Assembly (NCBI GenBank): GCA_963802945.1
Contig: CAWDKY010000027.1
Span: forward strand, 1 to 64,000
DNA length: 64,000 nucleotides
Direction: 5' to 3'
Source: an uncultured delta proteobacterium
Lineage (GTDB): Bacteria; Desulfobacterota; RBG-13-43-22
The notes under the pieces are model-generated. The model was not told where the DNA came from and ran no database searches. It was given only the letters and a program-made list of their open reading frames with translations. This document shows positions 46,091-57,024 of the stretch, piece after piece. The number at the start of each line of letters is the position of its first letter. Positions within the stretch are counted from its first letter, which is position 1. The position numbers and the translations under genes are program-made.

Positions 46091-47254
46091 AACGGGGACT
46101 ACTCATCGGGGCCGTCTTGACAGCCCTGTGGTTCATATTTTGGGGGTGTTCAAAAGGGAAGGAAGATGCCAAGTCCATTGAAAAAGCCGGGGCGCGCCCT
46201 CCGGTGGCCGTAGAGGCGGTCCAGGTTCAGGCTAGGGACCTCATTGAAGGGATTGAGGTGGTGGGATCTTTAACCCCCAGATTCGAGGCCAAGCTCAAAT
46301 CCGAATATTCCGGGATTGTTACCGAGGTCTATGTGACCGAATGGGTGCGGGTGAAAAAAGGGACTCCTCTGGCCAAGCTGGACACTCGCGAGATTGAGGC
46401 CATTGTTCAAAAGGCCCAGGCCGCCGTGGAAGTCGGAAAGGCCAATCTCCTGCAGGCCGAAGTCGGCGGTAATCGGGCCGAGAGGGAGTTGACCCGGGCC
46501 CAAAACCTTAAAGAAGCCGGACTGATCACCCAGCAGAATCTGGATGATGTCCGGACGGAAAAAGCGGCCTCCGCGGCCCGTATTGCCGCTGCCCAGGCCC
46601 AGGCCCTGGCCGCAGAAAAGGACCTTCGCCAGGCCCAGACCCGGCTGGCCAAGGCGGTCATTCGTTCCCCTTTGGACGGGGTGGTGGCCTCAAAAAATAT
46701 CAACATCGGAGACCTGGTGGGAGAACCCGGAACAACGCGCATTCTATTTCAGATTAACGACAATCGTCTTCTGGACCTGACCGCTACCGTTCCCTCCATA
46801 GATATGGGCCGGCTGAAAATAGGTCAGCCCCTGACCTTTACAGCCGATGCCTTTCCCGGGAAGACCCTTCTCCGGAAAGATCAAATTCATCAACCCCGTT
46901 GTCAATGAGGCCGATCGGTCGGTCAAGGTCATTGCCGAGATTCCGAACAGCCCGGAAATCCTGAAGGCCGGACTTTTTGTCAAAGGCCGGATCATCACCG
47001 GACAGCGCCAGGGAGTACCTCAAATCCCCAGGTCAGCCTTGCTCTCCTGGGATGTCGGGGCCAAGAAAGGGGAAGTTTTTGTTGTCCAAAAGGACTTAGC
47101 TTTGCGCAAAACCATCCAGACCGGAAGTGTTTCCGAGGATTGGGTGGAGGTGGTTTCCGGACTACAGACCGGGGAATCGGTCATAACCCGGGGAGGATTC
47201 AATGTCAAGAACGGCGATCCGGTCAAAATCACCCAGTTAAACGGAGAGAAGTAA
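46087..47254 (+). CDS. RND efflux membrane fusion protein (frameshift near 46865)
   Basis: Lipobox FWGC; VKKGTPLAKLD, coiled coil, IRSPLDGVV, LKAGLFV and VEVVSGL. Confidence 0.88.
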
Positions 47255-47257
47255 GTC

Positions 47258-50200
47258 ATGTTCCTTTCCAATTTATCCATCAAACGACCTATATTCGCCA
47301 CGATGATGATGCTGGCCCTGGTCATTCTGGGGATCTTTTCCTACCGCAAACTGGCCATCGATCTGATGCCGGATATTGAAATCCCGATCCTTTCCATTGT
47401 CACCGTATTTCCCGGGGCCTCTCCGGAGACAGTGGAACGGGAAGTGACCAAACGGATTGAAGAGGAGGTCAACCGCATCCCCGGGGCCAAACACGTCACC
47501 TCCGTTTCCCGGGAAAGCGTCTCCCAAGTGGTGGTCGAGTTTCAACTGGAGGTCAAGATCAATGAGGCCTCTCAGGATGCCCGGGCCAAGATCAACACCA
47601 TCCGCAAGGAACTCCCCCAGGATATAGAAGAACCGATTATCCAAAAAATGGATATCGCCTCCCTGCCGGTCGATCTCCCTGGCCGTGCGGTCGGAAAAAC
47701 TTTCTCCCAGAGAGCTGACCACCCTGGTGGAAAAAAAGATCAAACGACCGTTTCGAAAACATCTCCGGCGTCGGCAAGGTAGATCTGGTCGGTACCTCTA
47801 AACGGGAAGTCAACGTCTGGATCGATCCCATCCGCCTCCAGGCCTTGAACATGGGGGTGGACGAGGTCATAGGCGGACTGCAATCGGAAAATGTCAATGT
47901 CCCCTTGGGCAGGCTGAACCGCGACAGTTCCGAATTCACTTTACGGATATCCGGAAAACCGGCGGCCGTGGAACAATTCAAATCCATGGTCATCGGCCAG
48001 AGGGACGGCCGTCCGATTCTATTAAGCGAGGTAGCCGATGTCCGGGACGGCATAGAAGAACAACGCTCCTTGGCCATGATCAACGGCATACCGGCCGTGT
48101 CTCTCGACATCCTCAAACAAACCAAGACCAATACGGTCGAGGTGGCGGACAAGATCAAAAAAACCATCGATCAAGTGCAAAAGGATCTCCCCCCCGGCAC
48201 GATCATCGAAATCGTCCAGGACTCCTCGACCTATATTCGGGATTCGGTCCGTGACGTGAATCAAACCATCCTACTGGGCGGAATTTTAACCATCCTGATC
48301 GTTTTCTGCTTCTTAAATTCCTGGCGTTCCACGGTGATCACCGGTCTGACCCTGCCGATCTCAGTTATTTCGTCCTTCATCATCATGAACTTTTTGGGCA
48401 TGACCATCAATATCATGACCATGATGGCCCTGTCTTTAGCCATCGGTTTATTGATCGACGATGCCATTGTCGTTCGGGAAAATATCGTCCGACATTTGGA
48501 ACGGGGAGAGGATCATATCACCGCCGCTCAGGAAGGGACCAGCGAGATCGGGCTGGCCGTATTGGCCACTTCTCTATCTATCATCGCTGTCTTTGTTCCG
48601 GTGGCCTTTATGAAAGGGATCGCCGGGCGTTTCTTTTTCCAATTCGGGATGACCGTGGCCTTCGCGGTCATGGTTTCCCTCTTTGTCTCTTTCACCCTCG
48701 ACCCAATGCTCTCCTCCCGCTGGATCGATCCGGATATCCGCCGCCTGGGGAAACGGAATTTTTTATATCGAATGCTGGATCACTTCAATCACGGGTTTGA
48801 AAGGGTGGCCGATAACTATCGGTTGATCATCGCTTGGGCCTTGGATCGACGCAAGTTGATGATGGTAATTACCGTTTTGGCCTTTATTGGAGGGCTGGCC
48901 ATTTTTTTAAGCCTGCCGGGCTCTTTTTTCCCTTCCTCAGATGCCGGTGAATTCCGATTGGACTTCCAACCCGCACCGGGGGCCTCCATTGAGGAAAGCC
49001 GGGGAAGGGTAGCCGTCGTCTTATCAGCCTTGAAGCAACTTCCTGAGATCAAGCATACCTACACGACCATCGGGGCCGGAGATACCGGAACGGTCAGGGA
49101 TGTGCACATCTACATCAAATTAAAAGACCGCAGCCAGCGGTCCAGGAGCCAGACTGAGATTCAGGAAGACATCCGGCGCCGCTGTATGAGTATCCCAGGA
49201 ATTATACCGTCGATAACGGAGGCCCATGGGATGGGCGACCGCAAACCCTTGATCGTCAATATCCGCGGAGACAATATCGACCTGCTGAAAAAATATGCCG
49301 CCCAATTAAAGGAGAAGATTCGTTCCATCAAGGGAATCGTGGATTTGGAGGTTACCCTGGAGCATGACATCCCCGAATACCGACTGACCGTCGATCGGGA
49401 GAGGGCTGTGGACAGCGGTCTGATGACCGCCAATATTGTGCGCACCGTCGGTGCCCTGGTGGGAGGCAAGGCCGTGTCCACTTATGAAGATGAGGATGGG
49501 GATGCCGTTAACCTGCGGGTGCGGCTCCCCCAGGACCTTCGACAAGAGCCGGAACAGGTTAACCAGATACGTCTTACTGTTGCGAAGTTTGGTCAGCCTC
49601 CGGCCCTGGTCCCCCTGGGAAATCTGGTTTCCTTTCAAAGGAGTTCGACCCCATCGGAGATCACCCGACAGGACCTCAGCCGGCAGGTGGCCCTCTCAGC
49701 CAATCTGGACAACCTGCCTATCGGAACGGCCATGAGCAAGATCAAGGAGGCCATGAAAGATATTAAAATGGCCCCAGGCTATCAAGTGGTCTTCTCCGGT
49801 GAGGGAGAGACCATGGTGGAAACCTTCGGCTATATGGCCGAGGCCTTGATCCTGGCTATCCTGATGGTCTACCTCATTCTGGCCTCCCAGTTCGAGTCCT
49901 TTATTGACCCTCTGGCCATTATGCTCTCCCTGCCCCTTTCCCTGGTGGGCATGGCCGGGATGCTTTTTCTAACCGGCGATACGATCAATATGATGTCTCT
50001 GATCGGCTTGATCATGCTGATGGGTCTGGTGACCAAGAATGCCATCCTGCTGGTGGATTATACCAAGGTCCTTCGTTCCCGGGGCCTGGAGCGAAAAGAA
50101 GCCATTATCCTCGCCGGCCGGACCAGGCTCAGGCCCATCCTGATGACTACCCTGGCCATGATCTTTGGTATGCTGCCTCTGGCCCTGGCCTTGGGCGCCG

Positions 50201-50362
50201 GTGCAGAGAGTGCGGGCCCCCATGGCCAGGGCCGTGATCGGAGGGCTGATTACCTCAACCTTCCTGACCCTGCTGGTGGTGCCGGTGGTCTATTCCCTGC
50301 TCGATGATTTCAGCGGGTGGGTCAGGCGAAAGAGAGAAAAGAAAAAGGAGGCCCTTTCATGA
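47258..50362 (+). CDS. RND efflux permease, AcrB family (frameshifts near 47670-47750 and 50210)
   Basis: [45 protein letters not shown] and [11 protein letters not shown]. Confidence 0.9.
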
Positions 50363-51759
50363 ACATGAATAGGAGTATTTTGAAGACTAATATTTTTCTC
50401 TTAACTGTTGTTATCATGGCCTTGGGGACCAATGTCTTGGCCCAGTCTTCCGAGGTAAAAAAAGAAGTGATGGTTTTAACCTTGGACCGGGCCTTGCAAA
50501 TAGCTATGGAAAAAAACAAGGATATTCAGAAGGCCCGGGAATATCGAAACCAGGTGGAGGGGCGTTATGTGGAAGAACGGGCCGCGGCCCTGCCCCGATT
50601 TTCAATCACGGCCAGTATGTCCCGCGCCCGGGACGAAAGCATGAAAGCCTTTGGCGGTCTATATCCGTTAGAACAGGAAATCCTCTCGGCCGGCATAGGT
50701 GTTTCTCAAGTCCTCTATTCCTTTGGTCAGGTGAGTGCCGCCATTCGGGCAGCCAAAGTCGGCCTTAAAACCGCTGATGATCAATTGCTGCTCTATCAAC
50801 AGGCGGTCTTAAAGGATGTCTCCTCAGCCTTTTACGACGCCCTGCTTTCCAAGGAGTTAAATGCCCTGGCCCGTCAGAACCTGGAACAAAGGATGCGCCA
50901 TCAGGAAGAGGCCCGCAAAAAATTTGCCGCCGGTACGGCTACCGATTATGATGTCTTAGCGGCTGGAGTGGCTGTGGAAAATGCCCGGCCGGATGTGATT
51001 CGAACCGAAAATCTTATTACTATCACCAGGGATAGGTTGCGTTTTCTTTTGGGATTGGAAAATCAGGAGGTCGATGTCCAGGGCACCCTTTTGCCGACCA
51101 TCAGCACCTATCCCTCTTATGAGGAGAGTATTGCCCTGGCCTGGAATAACCGGCCGGAATTGGCCGGCTATAAACATCGAATCGGGATGGCTGAAGAACT
51201 TTTGACTGTTTACAAGGCCGGCAACAAACCCCGTCTGGATTTAAAAGCCGGGTATGCTTGGAATAGTATGGATTTACCAGGTTGGTCAGCCGGTCCTCTT
51301 CTGGGTGTACAGTCGGGCATGTTCAGCGGGCCGGCTTGGACAGCCGGGGTTTATCTGACTTTTCCTTTTTTTGACGGTCTGCGCACTCAAGGAAAGGTCG
51401 CCCAGGCCAAGAGCGATCTGGCCACCTTAAAAATAGAAGAGGCCAAGCTGATTGACTCCATTGTCTTACAAACCCGTGAAGCGGTCAATGCGGTTTGGGA
51501 ATCGGGAGAAATCGTCAAAGGCCTGGCCGGCACGGTGTCCCAGGCCCAACGGCTTCTGTCTATGGCTGAAAAGGGATATGAGTTCGGGGTCAAGACCAAG
51601 CTGGATGTGGACGACGCCCAGTTGAACCTCATGATGGCCCAAAGCAACCTGGCCAAGGCCCGAAGGGATCATCTGGCGGCCCAGACGAATTTGCAGTGGG
51701 CTATGGGTACTATCCAGGCCCCGGTGATCTCTCCACCCGCTCAATCCAAGATGCCTTAG
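50359..51759 (+). CDS. TolC family outer-membrane efflux protein
   Basis: Signal peptide; [19 protein letters not shown] and [15 protein letters not shown]. Confidence 0.88.
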   Translation: MNMNRSILKTNIFLLTVVIMALGTNVLAQSSEVKKEVMVLTLDRALQIAMEKNKDIQKAREYRNQVEGRYVEERAAALPRFSITASMSRARDESMKAFGGLYPLEQEILSAGIGVSQVLYSFGQVSAAIRAAKVGLKTADDQLLLYQQAVLKDVSSAFYDALLSKELNALARQNLEQRMRHQEEARKKFAAGTATDYDVLAAGVAVENARPDVIRTENLITITRDRLRFLLGLENQEVDVQGTLLPTISTYPSYEESIALAWNNRPELAGYKHRIGMAEELLTVYKAGNKPRLDLKAGYAWNSMDLPGWSAGPLLGVQSGMFSGPAWTAGVYLTFPFFDGLRTQGKVAQAKSDLATLKIEEAKLIDSIVLQTREAVNAVWESGEIVKGLAGTVSQAQRLLSMAEKGYEFGVKTKLDVDDAQLNLMMAQSNLAKARRDHLAAQTNLQWAMGTIQAPVISPPAQSKMP

Positions 51760-51779
51760 GCCAAAGGCGAGAGAAACCA

Positions 51780-52163
51780 ATGGTCATAAGTCCTGAAAAA
51801 CAACAGGCCTTAAAAGAAGCCCTTTTTAAATTGGGCATCCGGGAAGAAGATGTGATCGAGCGGTTTATACGATCCCAAGGGGCGGGCGGACAAAAGGTCA
51901 ATAAAACTTCCAGCGCCGTTTATCTGAAGCATCTGCCTACTGGTCTCGAGGTCAAGATGCAAAAGGAGCGATCCCAGGCCTTAAACCGCTTCTTGGCCTG
52001 GCGTCTTTTGGCCGAGAAAGTGGAAGAACTTCAAGGCGGGAAATCCCTTCAGCAGCAGAAGGCCGAAAAGATACGCAAGCAAAAGAACCGCCGCTTGAGA
52101 AGGGCCAAATCAGAGGCCGGATCCCGGACAGCCGATCCGGAAGGCCGGATGTCCAAGACATAA
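51780..52163 (+). CDS. Peptidyl-tRNA hydrolase domain protein (ArfB/RF-1-like)
   Basis: FIRSQGAGGQKVNKTSSAV, ERSQALNR and a basic C-tail. Confidence 0.85.
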   Translation: MVISPEKQQALKEALFKLGIREEDVIERFIRSQGAGGQKVNKTSSAVYLKHLPTGLEVKMQKERSQALNRFLAWRLLAEKVEELQGGKSLQQQKAEKIRKQKNRRLRRAKSEAGSRTADPEGRMSKT

Positions 52164-52485
52164 CGTCGGATAAAAAATAATTGAAGTTCCCCATTCCAGG
52201 GCACAGTCTCTTTACAGACTTCCAGGCAAGACAAAATCTTTATTGTTGAGGTTCGCTCGCTAATCTCATCAAAGGCGGGACTTTCACGCGGCTGGGGTAT
52301 TGAATGATCCTCTTGCCGTCCCACAAAATATTCACCATCTTGCATCTTGAATACTGCATCCAGCATCCCCACTTTTATTCTTGACACGGAAACATCTAAT
52401 TGATTATAGCTTTAAACTGACCCTTTAGGGGAAGTCCAATGAGAGAGCAATAATTAGTTACTAACAAATAGAAAGGAAAAGTTTT

Positions 52486-53793
52486 ATGAAATTGAGAAAT
52501 GCGGTTATTGTTGATGGTGTGCGATCCCCGTTTTCCTGGGGAGGCCGGGGGATGTATGAGGCCACCCGCTTGGACGAAGTGGCGGCCAAGGTCGTTCGCA
52601 CCTTGATGGAAAGAAATCCCAAAGTGAAACCGACCATGATCGAAGATTTCGGCATCGGCAATGCCGGAGGGACTTCGGATCTGGTCTTCCTGGGTGGCAT
52701 TTCCCGGTTGGCCGGATTGCCGGCGGAAACGACCAACTTTTCTTCCAACAGGCAGTGCGGCTCTTCCATGGAGACCATGCAGCGTATTGCCATGGCCATC
52801 ATGGTCGGCGCTACGGATTGCGGCATCTCCCTGGGGGTGGAACGGATGGGACGCACCCTGATGGGGGGTATGGCCGATGGACCGCCGCCTACCCGGGTGA
52901 CTGGATTGAACCCAAAAATTTTTGAGAAATCCAAACTCCAGCGGGATATGGCCGAAGATCACTCTAAATATTTCTCCGTGCCGATCCCGGATGAAATTCT
53001 GGATGCCCCTCCCTTACAACCCATGACTCAAACCGCCCAGAATGTGGTGGATATGTATAATATGACCCGGGAAGAGCTTGACGCCTACACGGTACGCAGC
53101 CATAAAAAACTGGCGGCAGCCTATGCCAAGGGGGTTTATAAAGATGAGGTGATCCCCATGGAGGTGGAGAAACCGGTTTTCAACGATAAAAAAGAATGGG
53201 TTCCTGAGGAAAAAGGCCCAATGGTCCTCTTTGATCAGGACGAGTGTCTCCGGCCGGGTTGTAATATGGAGGACCTGGGAAAGATGAATCCGGTGAAAGG
53301 GATTATCAGTTTCTGTAACAAACCGATTCACATTACCGCTGGCAATTCCTGCCCGACCAACAGCGGGGCTTCGGCCCTTTTGATCATGGCTGAAGATATG
53401 GCTATCAAACTGGGTATTACCCCCTTGGCCCGCATCGTGGGCATCGGTGTCGGAGGCGTGAAAGGCCAGCTCATGGGCATAGGCCCGATTCCGGCCACGC
53501 ATCGGGCCATGAAACATGCCGGGATCACGGCCGATCAGATCGACCGGGTGGAATTTAACGAAGCCTTTGCCTGCCAGGTTATCGTCTCGATCAAAGAGCT
53601 TGGCATTCCGGAAGAAAAGGTCAACGTGAACGGCGGGGCCCTGGGGATCGGTCACCCCTTAGGGGCAACCGGCGCGCGGCTGGTCATGACCGTGGCCAAG
53701 GAACTGCGCCGCAGCGGCAAACGCTATGGTCTGGCCACCCAGTGCATCGGGGCCGGCGAGGGCATCAGTACCATTTTAGAAGCTATGAATTAA
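52486..53793 (+). CDS. Thiolase (acetyl-CoA C-acyltransferase)
   Basis: NRQCGSS, TAGNS, NEAFA, GHPLGATG and TQCIGAG. Confidence 0.92.
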   Translation: MKLRNAVIVDGVRSPFSWGGRGMYEATRLDEVAAKVVRTLMERNPKVKPTMIEDFGIGNAGGTSDLVFLGGISRLAGLPAETTNFSSNRQCGSSMETMQRIAMAIMVGATDCGISLGVERMGRTLMGGMADGPPPTRVTGLNPKIFEKSKLQRDMAEDHSKYFSVPIPDEILDAPPLQPMTQTAQNVVDMYNMTREELDAYTVRSHKKLAAAYAKGVYKDEVIPMEVEKPVFNDKKEWVPEEKGPMVLFDQDECLRPGCNMEDLGKMNPVKGIISFCNKPIHITAGNSCPTNSGASALLIMAEDMAIKLGITPLARIVGIGVGGVKGQLMGIGPIPATHRAMKHAGITADQIDRVEFNEAFACQVIVSIKELGIPEEKVNVNGGALGIGHPLGATGARLVMTVAKELRRSGKRYGLATQCIGAGEGISTILEAMN

Positions 53794-53805
53794 AATCATT
53801 GCTAT

Positions 53806-53835
53806 CTGCAGGGAGGATGGCCATCCTCCCTGCAG
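53806..53835 (+). terminator. Perfect 30-bp palindrome after the thiolase
   Basis: CTGCAGGGAGGATGG-CCATCCTCCCTGCAG; no clear U-tract. Confidence 0.45.
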
Positions 53836-54228
53836 CCGAAAAAGAAGACCCGGGCAAACCTGATCTTCGGGATAACTTTTTACTTTAAATCTTTAAATAA
53901 AGCTTAATTCTCTATAATATTTTCAGTTACCTTCCTTTTGCTAATGGAGTAAAGTTTTTTTCGACCTTGCCTTCAAGTCAGAATACTAATATTATCACCA
54001 TCAATTTAGTCCAAATAACCCTGATTCCAAGGATAACGGTTTAATTCGAAAATAGGGTTTGAGGTTTAAAATTGGCCCAGTCCTATTTTTATGTACCGAC
54101 TTCCGACTGGAAGTCTCCTTTTTAGGTCGACACACGGCATCCAGCCGATCGGTCCGAGCGGCCCGACCTTATCAAGGTGCCCGCCCCTGGCGGGGCATGG
54201 TGGTTCATATACGAAAATAAGGAAATAC

Positions 54229-55464
54229 ATGTCCAGTTCTGTCGTCCCCATACAACCCGGTCGTCCGGAAGCAGAAAGGATTGAAGCCCTGGCTGATCAT
54301 TTGCAACGCCTGCACAAGGTCAATAGTTCCGACATCCGTGTCGTCAGAGCGCCGCTGCGTATTTGTCCGCTTGGCGCGCATATTGACCACCAGCTGGGTC
54401 AGGTAACCGGAACGACCATTGACCGGTCCATCTTGCTTGCCTTTGCGTCCAATGCCGACCGTACGGTCCATATCGTGAGCGAAAATTTTTCCCCGCCGGT
54501 CTTATTCCACCTGGATGATGTGCCGCAGGCCGCTCCCCGTGATTGGGGTAACTACATCAGAGGAGCAGTGCTCGGCCTGCAACAAAAAAATAATCTCAAG
54601 CGCGGATTAACAGCCGTGATCGGCAGCGATATGCCGATTGGAGGTCTAAGTTCTTCCGCCGCGGTAACGATCGCTTACTTGCTTGCTATGGAAGCGGTCA
54701 ACGATCTTGAATTGACGTCAAAGGAAAACATCAATCTGGTAAGGTTTACCGAAAATCAATATATCGGACTTAACAACGGTATCCTCGACCAGTCGGTCAT
54801 TCTTTTTAGTAAGCGCAATCACCTAATCTACATTGACTGCCAAAGCATTGAAGTCAAGCCGATGGTCGGGCCTTTGAAGGACGGCGATTTTGAGATTCTG
54901 GTTGTCTATTCCGGTCTGACAGGCGTTTTGGAAAGCACGGATTACAATAACCGGGTAGCCGAGTGTCGGGAAGCTGCGCGGAGGTTGCTGACCCTTTCAG
55001 GGCAAATTCCCGGGCCGGATACCTGCCTGCGCCAGGTTGATCCTGCCGTTTTCGCCGAAGAAGGCAGGCGCTTGCCGCCAAACCTTCAACGCCGCGCCGG
55101 GCACTATTTTGGGGAAATACAGCGTGTCAACGACGGCCTGGTGGCCTGGCAGCAGGGCGACCTGAACAGGTTGGGAGCCTTGATGACCGCCTCGGGTGAG
55201 AGCTCCATTAACAATTACGAGTGCGGCAGTCCGCAATTGATTACCTTGTATGAGATACTGCGGGAGACACCCGGCGTGTATGGAACCCGTTTCAGCGGCG
55301 CAGGTTTCCGGGGCTGCTGTCTGGCCCTGATTGACCCGAGCCTCCGCGAAACCGTGGCCGAGGCCGTTCACCGCCGCTACCCGGCCGAATATCCGGATCA
55401 GGCGGATGCTTATAACATTCACTTTTGCAGACCGGATGGGAGGGCTGAACTTTGCAAGGCGTAA
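54229..55464 (+). CDS. GHMP sugar kinase, galacturonokinase-like
   Basis: RICPLGAHIDHQ (versus GalK RVNLIGEHTDY), GGLSSSAAV, NGILDQ, YNNRVAEC and RFSGAGFRGC. Confidence 0.75.
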   Translation: MSSSVVPIQPGRPEAERIEALADHLQRLHKVNSSDIRVVRAPLRICPLGAHIDHQLGQVTGTTIDRSILLAFASNADRTVHIVSENFSPPVLFHLDDVPQAAPRDWGNYIRGAVLGLQQKNNLKRGLTAVIGSDMPIGGLSSSAAVTIAYLLAMEAVNDLELTSKENINLVRFTENQYIGLNNGILDQSVILFSKRNHLIYIDCQSIEVKPMVGPLKDGDFEILVVYSGLTGVLESTDYNNRVAECREAARRLLTLSGQIPGPDTCLRQVDPAVFAEEGRRLPPNLQRRAGHYFGEIQRVNDGLVAWQQGDLNRLGALMTASGESSINNYECGSPQLITLYEILRETPGVYGTRFSGAGFRGCCLALIDPSLRETVAEAVHRRYPAEYPDQADAYNIHFCRPDGRAELCKA

Positions 55465-56402
55465 TTTTAGCCGCCGGGAAAGGGTCGCGGCTGAACCCGA
55501 TCACCTTAAAACGCAGCAAAGCGATGCTGCCGATTTTAGGCAAACCGATTATCGAGCGGGTGATGGAAACGCTCGTCAGGAACGGCATCCGCGAGTTTGT
55601 CATGGTCATCAGCAGTGAAGATGATGAAGTGGGACGTTATTTTCGGGAGCAATCAAAACTGGATGTCGACATCCAATTTGTCGTGCAGAGTGGGCGCAAG
55701 GGAATGGCTGATGCCTTAAGCCTGGCCGCCCCCCTTATCCAGGGAACATTTGTGCTGTCAGCCTGCGATAACCTGACCCCTGAAGAACATGTGGCCGGGC
55801 TCCTGGCGACTCACCGAACCATCGGCGCTAAGGCCACCCTCAGTTTAATGGAGATTGCCCCTTCGCTGGCCGGACGGACCGGTGTGGTAGAGTTGCGCAA
55901 CGGACAGATTACCAAAATTATCGAAAAACCGGCGGCCGGACAGGCGCCGTCCAACATAGCCAGTTTGCCGTTATATGTATTTTCACCGGTTCTGCTTGAT
56001 TATCTGCCCGAAATCAAGCCTTCTATACGTGGTGAGTATGAGTTGCAGGATGCCATCCAGATGCTCATCGAACGCGATGGAGGGGTCACCGGTGTTTTTA
56101 CCCCCAGCCGCCTTCAATTGACCAATGCTGACGATCTTCTGAAGATTAATCTTCATTACCTGACCACCAGGGGAGAAAAGCCACAGCTGGCCCCCCCGAG
56201 CGTTGGTCAGGACACCCAGATGATACCGCCCCTGCGCATAGAGGAGAACACGATCATTGGCCGGGGCTGCGTCATCGGCCCCCGTGTTTACATCGAGCGC
56301 AACTGTAGCATAGGCGTAGATGTACTCATTAAAGACGCCGTCATTTTGCGAAACACCGTCATTGAGGACGGCCGGCGGATTGTGGGAGAGGTCCTGGCTT
56401 AG
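55452..56402 (+). CDS. Sugar-1-phosphate nucleotidyltransferase
   Basis: ILAAGKGSRL, IIEKP, PSIRGEYELQDAI and C-terminal hexapeptide repeats; overlaps the kinase stop. Confidence 0.88.
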   Translation: MQGVILAAGKGSRLNPITLKRSKAMLPILGKPIIERVMETLVRNGIREFVMVISSEDDEVGRYFREQSKLDVDIQFVVQSGRKGMADALSLAAPLIQGTFVLSACDNLTPEEHVAGLLATHRTIGAKATLSLMEIAPSLAGRTGVVELRNGQITKIIEKPAAGQAPSNIASLPLYVFSPVLLDYLPEIKPSIRGEYELQDAIQMLIERDGGVTGVFTPSRLQLTNADDLLKINLHYLTTRGEKPQLAPPSVGQDTQMIPPLRIEENTIIGRGCVIGPRVYIERNCSIGVDVLIKDAVILRNTVIEDGRRIVGEVLA

Positions 56403-56794
56403 TTGATCCCCTTGGATCCCGTTGGATCAGGTTCAACCCTGTTGGATCAGGTTGGATCCGGTTGCTGGTTCAGTATTTCCCAAGAAAAATGAGCCGAGCC
56501 AGGCATGACAAGGTCAAATGCAGGGCCTACGGTGTGATTGTATCTAAGGAGATGAATAAGAGGTTCGGAACCCTGTTGAAAACTCATGAACGTAACATCG
56601 AGGGAACGGTTATGGTATCCTACCCCGGTGGTTGCGCCTTTTGCCAGTTCAAGGTTTCCTGTATGGACTGAAATCCCATGGCCAAGGCGCAAAAGGGGTC
56701 ATGATATGCTATCTGCTTTTGGAAAATGACAAGAGCCTCGGAGGGCCAGCCTAAAAAAGTATGGTGTTTTCCGATTTCGCCCCATAAAGATGAC

Positions 56795-56823
56795 TTGACA
56801 AGAAAATATTTATTTGTTATCCT
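56795..56823 (+). promoter_or_regulatory. sigma70 promoter for the Phe leader / PheRS
   Basis: TTGACA-17-TATCCT with an extended -10 TG. Confidence 0.65.
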
Positions 56824-56832
56824 ACAACCACG

Positions 56833-56898
56833 ATGATTTCATTACTTCCTCAAAATTACTTTTTTACCCTCTTCTTTTTCGCGCCGGCGGCGCGATAA
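56833..56898 (+). CDS. Phe-rich leader peptide (MISLLPQNYFFTLFFFAPAAR)
   Basis: 21 codons with 5 Phe in 7 consecutive codons, followed by GC-rich alternative hairpins, directly upstream of a PheRS gene. Confidence 0.75.
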   Translation: MISLLPQNYFFTLFFFAPAAR

Positions 56899-57024
56899 TA
56901 CCCCTCTAGCGCCAGTTGGCGCCCAAACAAAATCCAAAATAAGCAACCCCCTAAGACCTCAGAAACATCAGTGGATATTTAGGCCTTAGTCAAAATTTTT
57001 TCATTAGGCATCAAGGAGACAGCT

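Noticed and set aside
52049-53655. Long antisense ORFs opposite arfB and the thiolase (and similar ones opposite the GT4, RND and IS genes)
   Set aside because: Shadow frames of well-supported genes.
54091-54228. N-terminal extension of the GHMP kinase in the ORF track
   Set aside because: It spans a palindromic repeat; an AAGGA RBS supports the ATG at 54229.
56400-56465. GTTGGATC repeats as a CRISPR array
   Set aside because: Units are too short, there are no unique spacers, and no cas genes are present.
43214-56959. 14-bp match CCCCCTAAGACCTC at ~43215 and ~56946
   Set aside because: Several 14-mer matches are expected by chance in 64 kb, and there is no extension.
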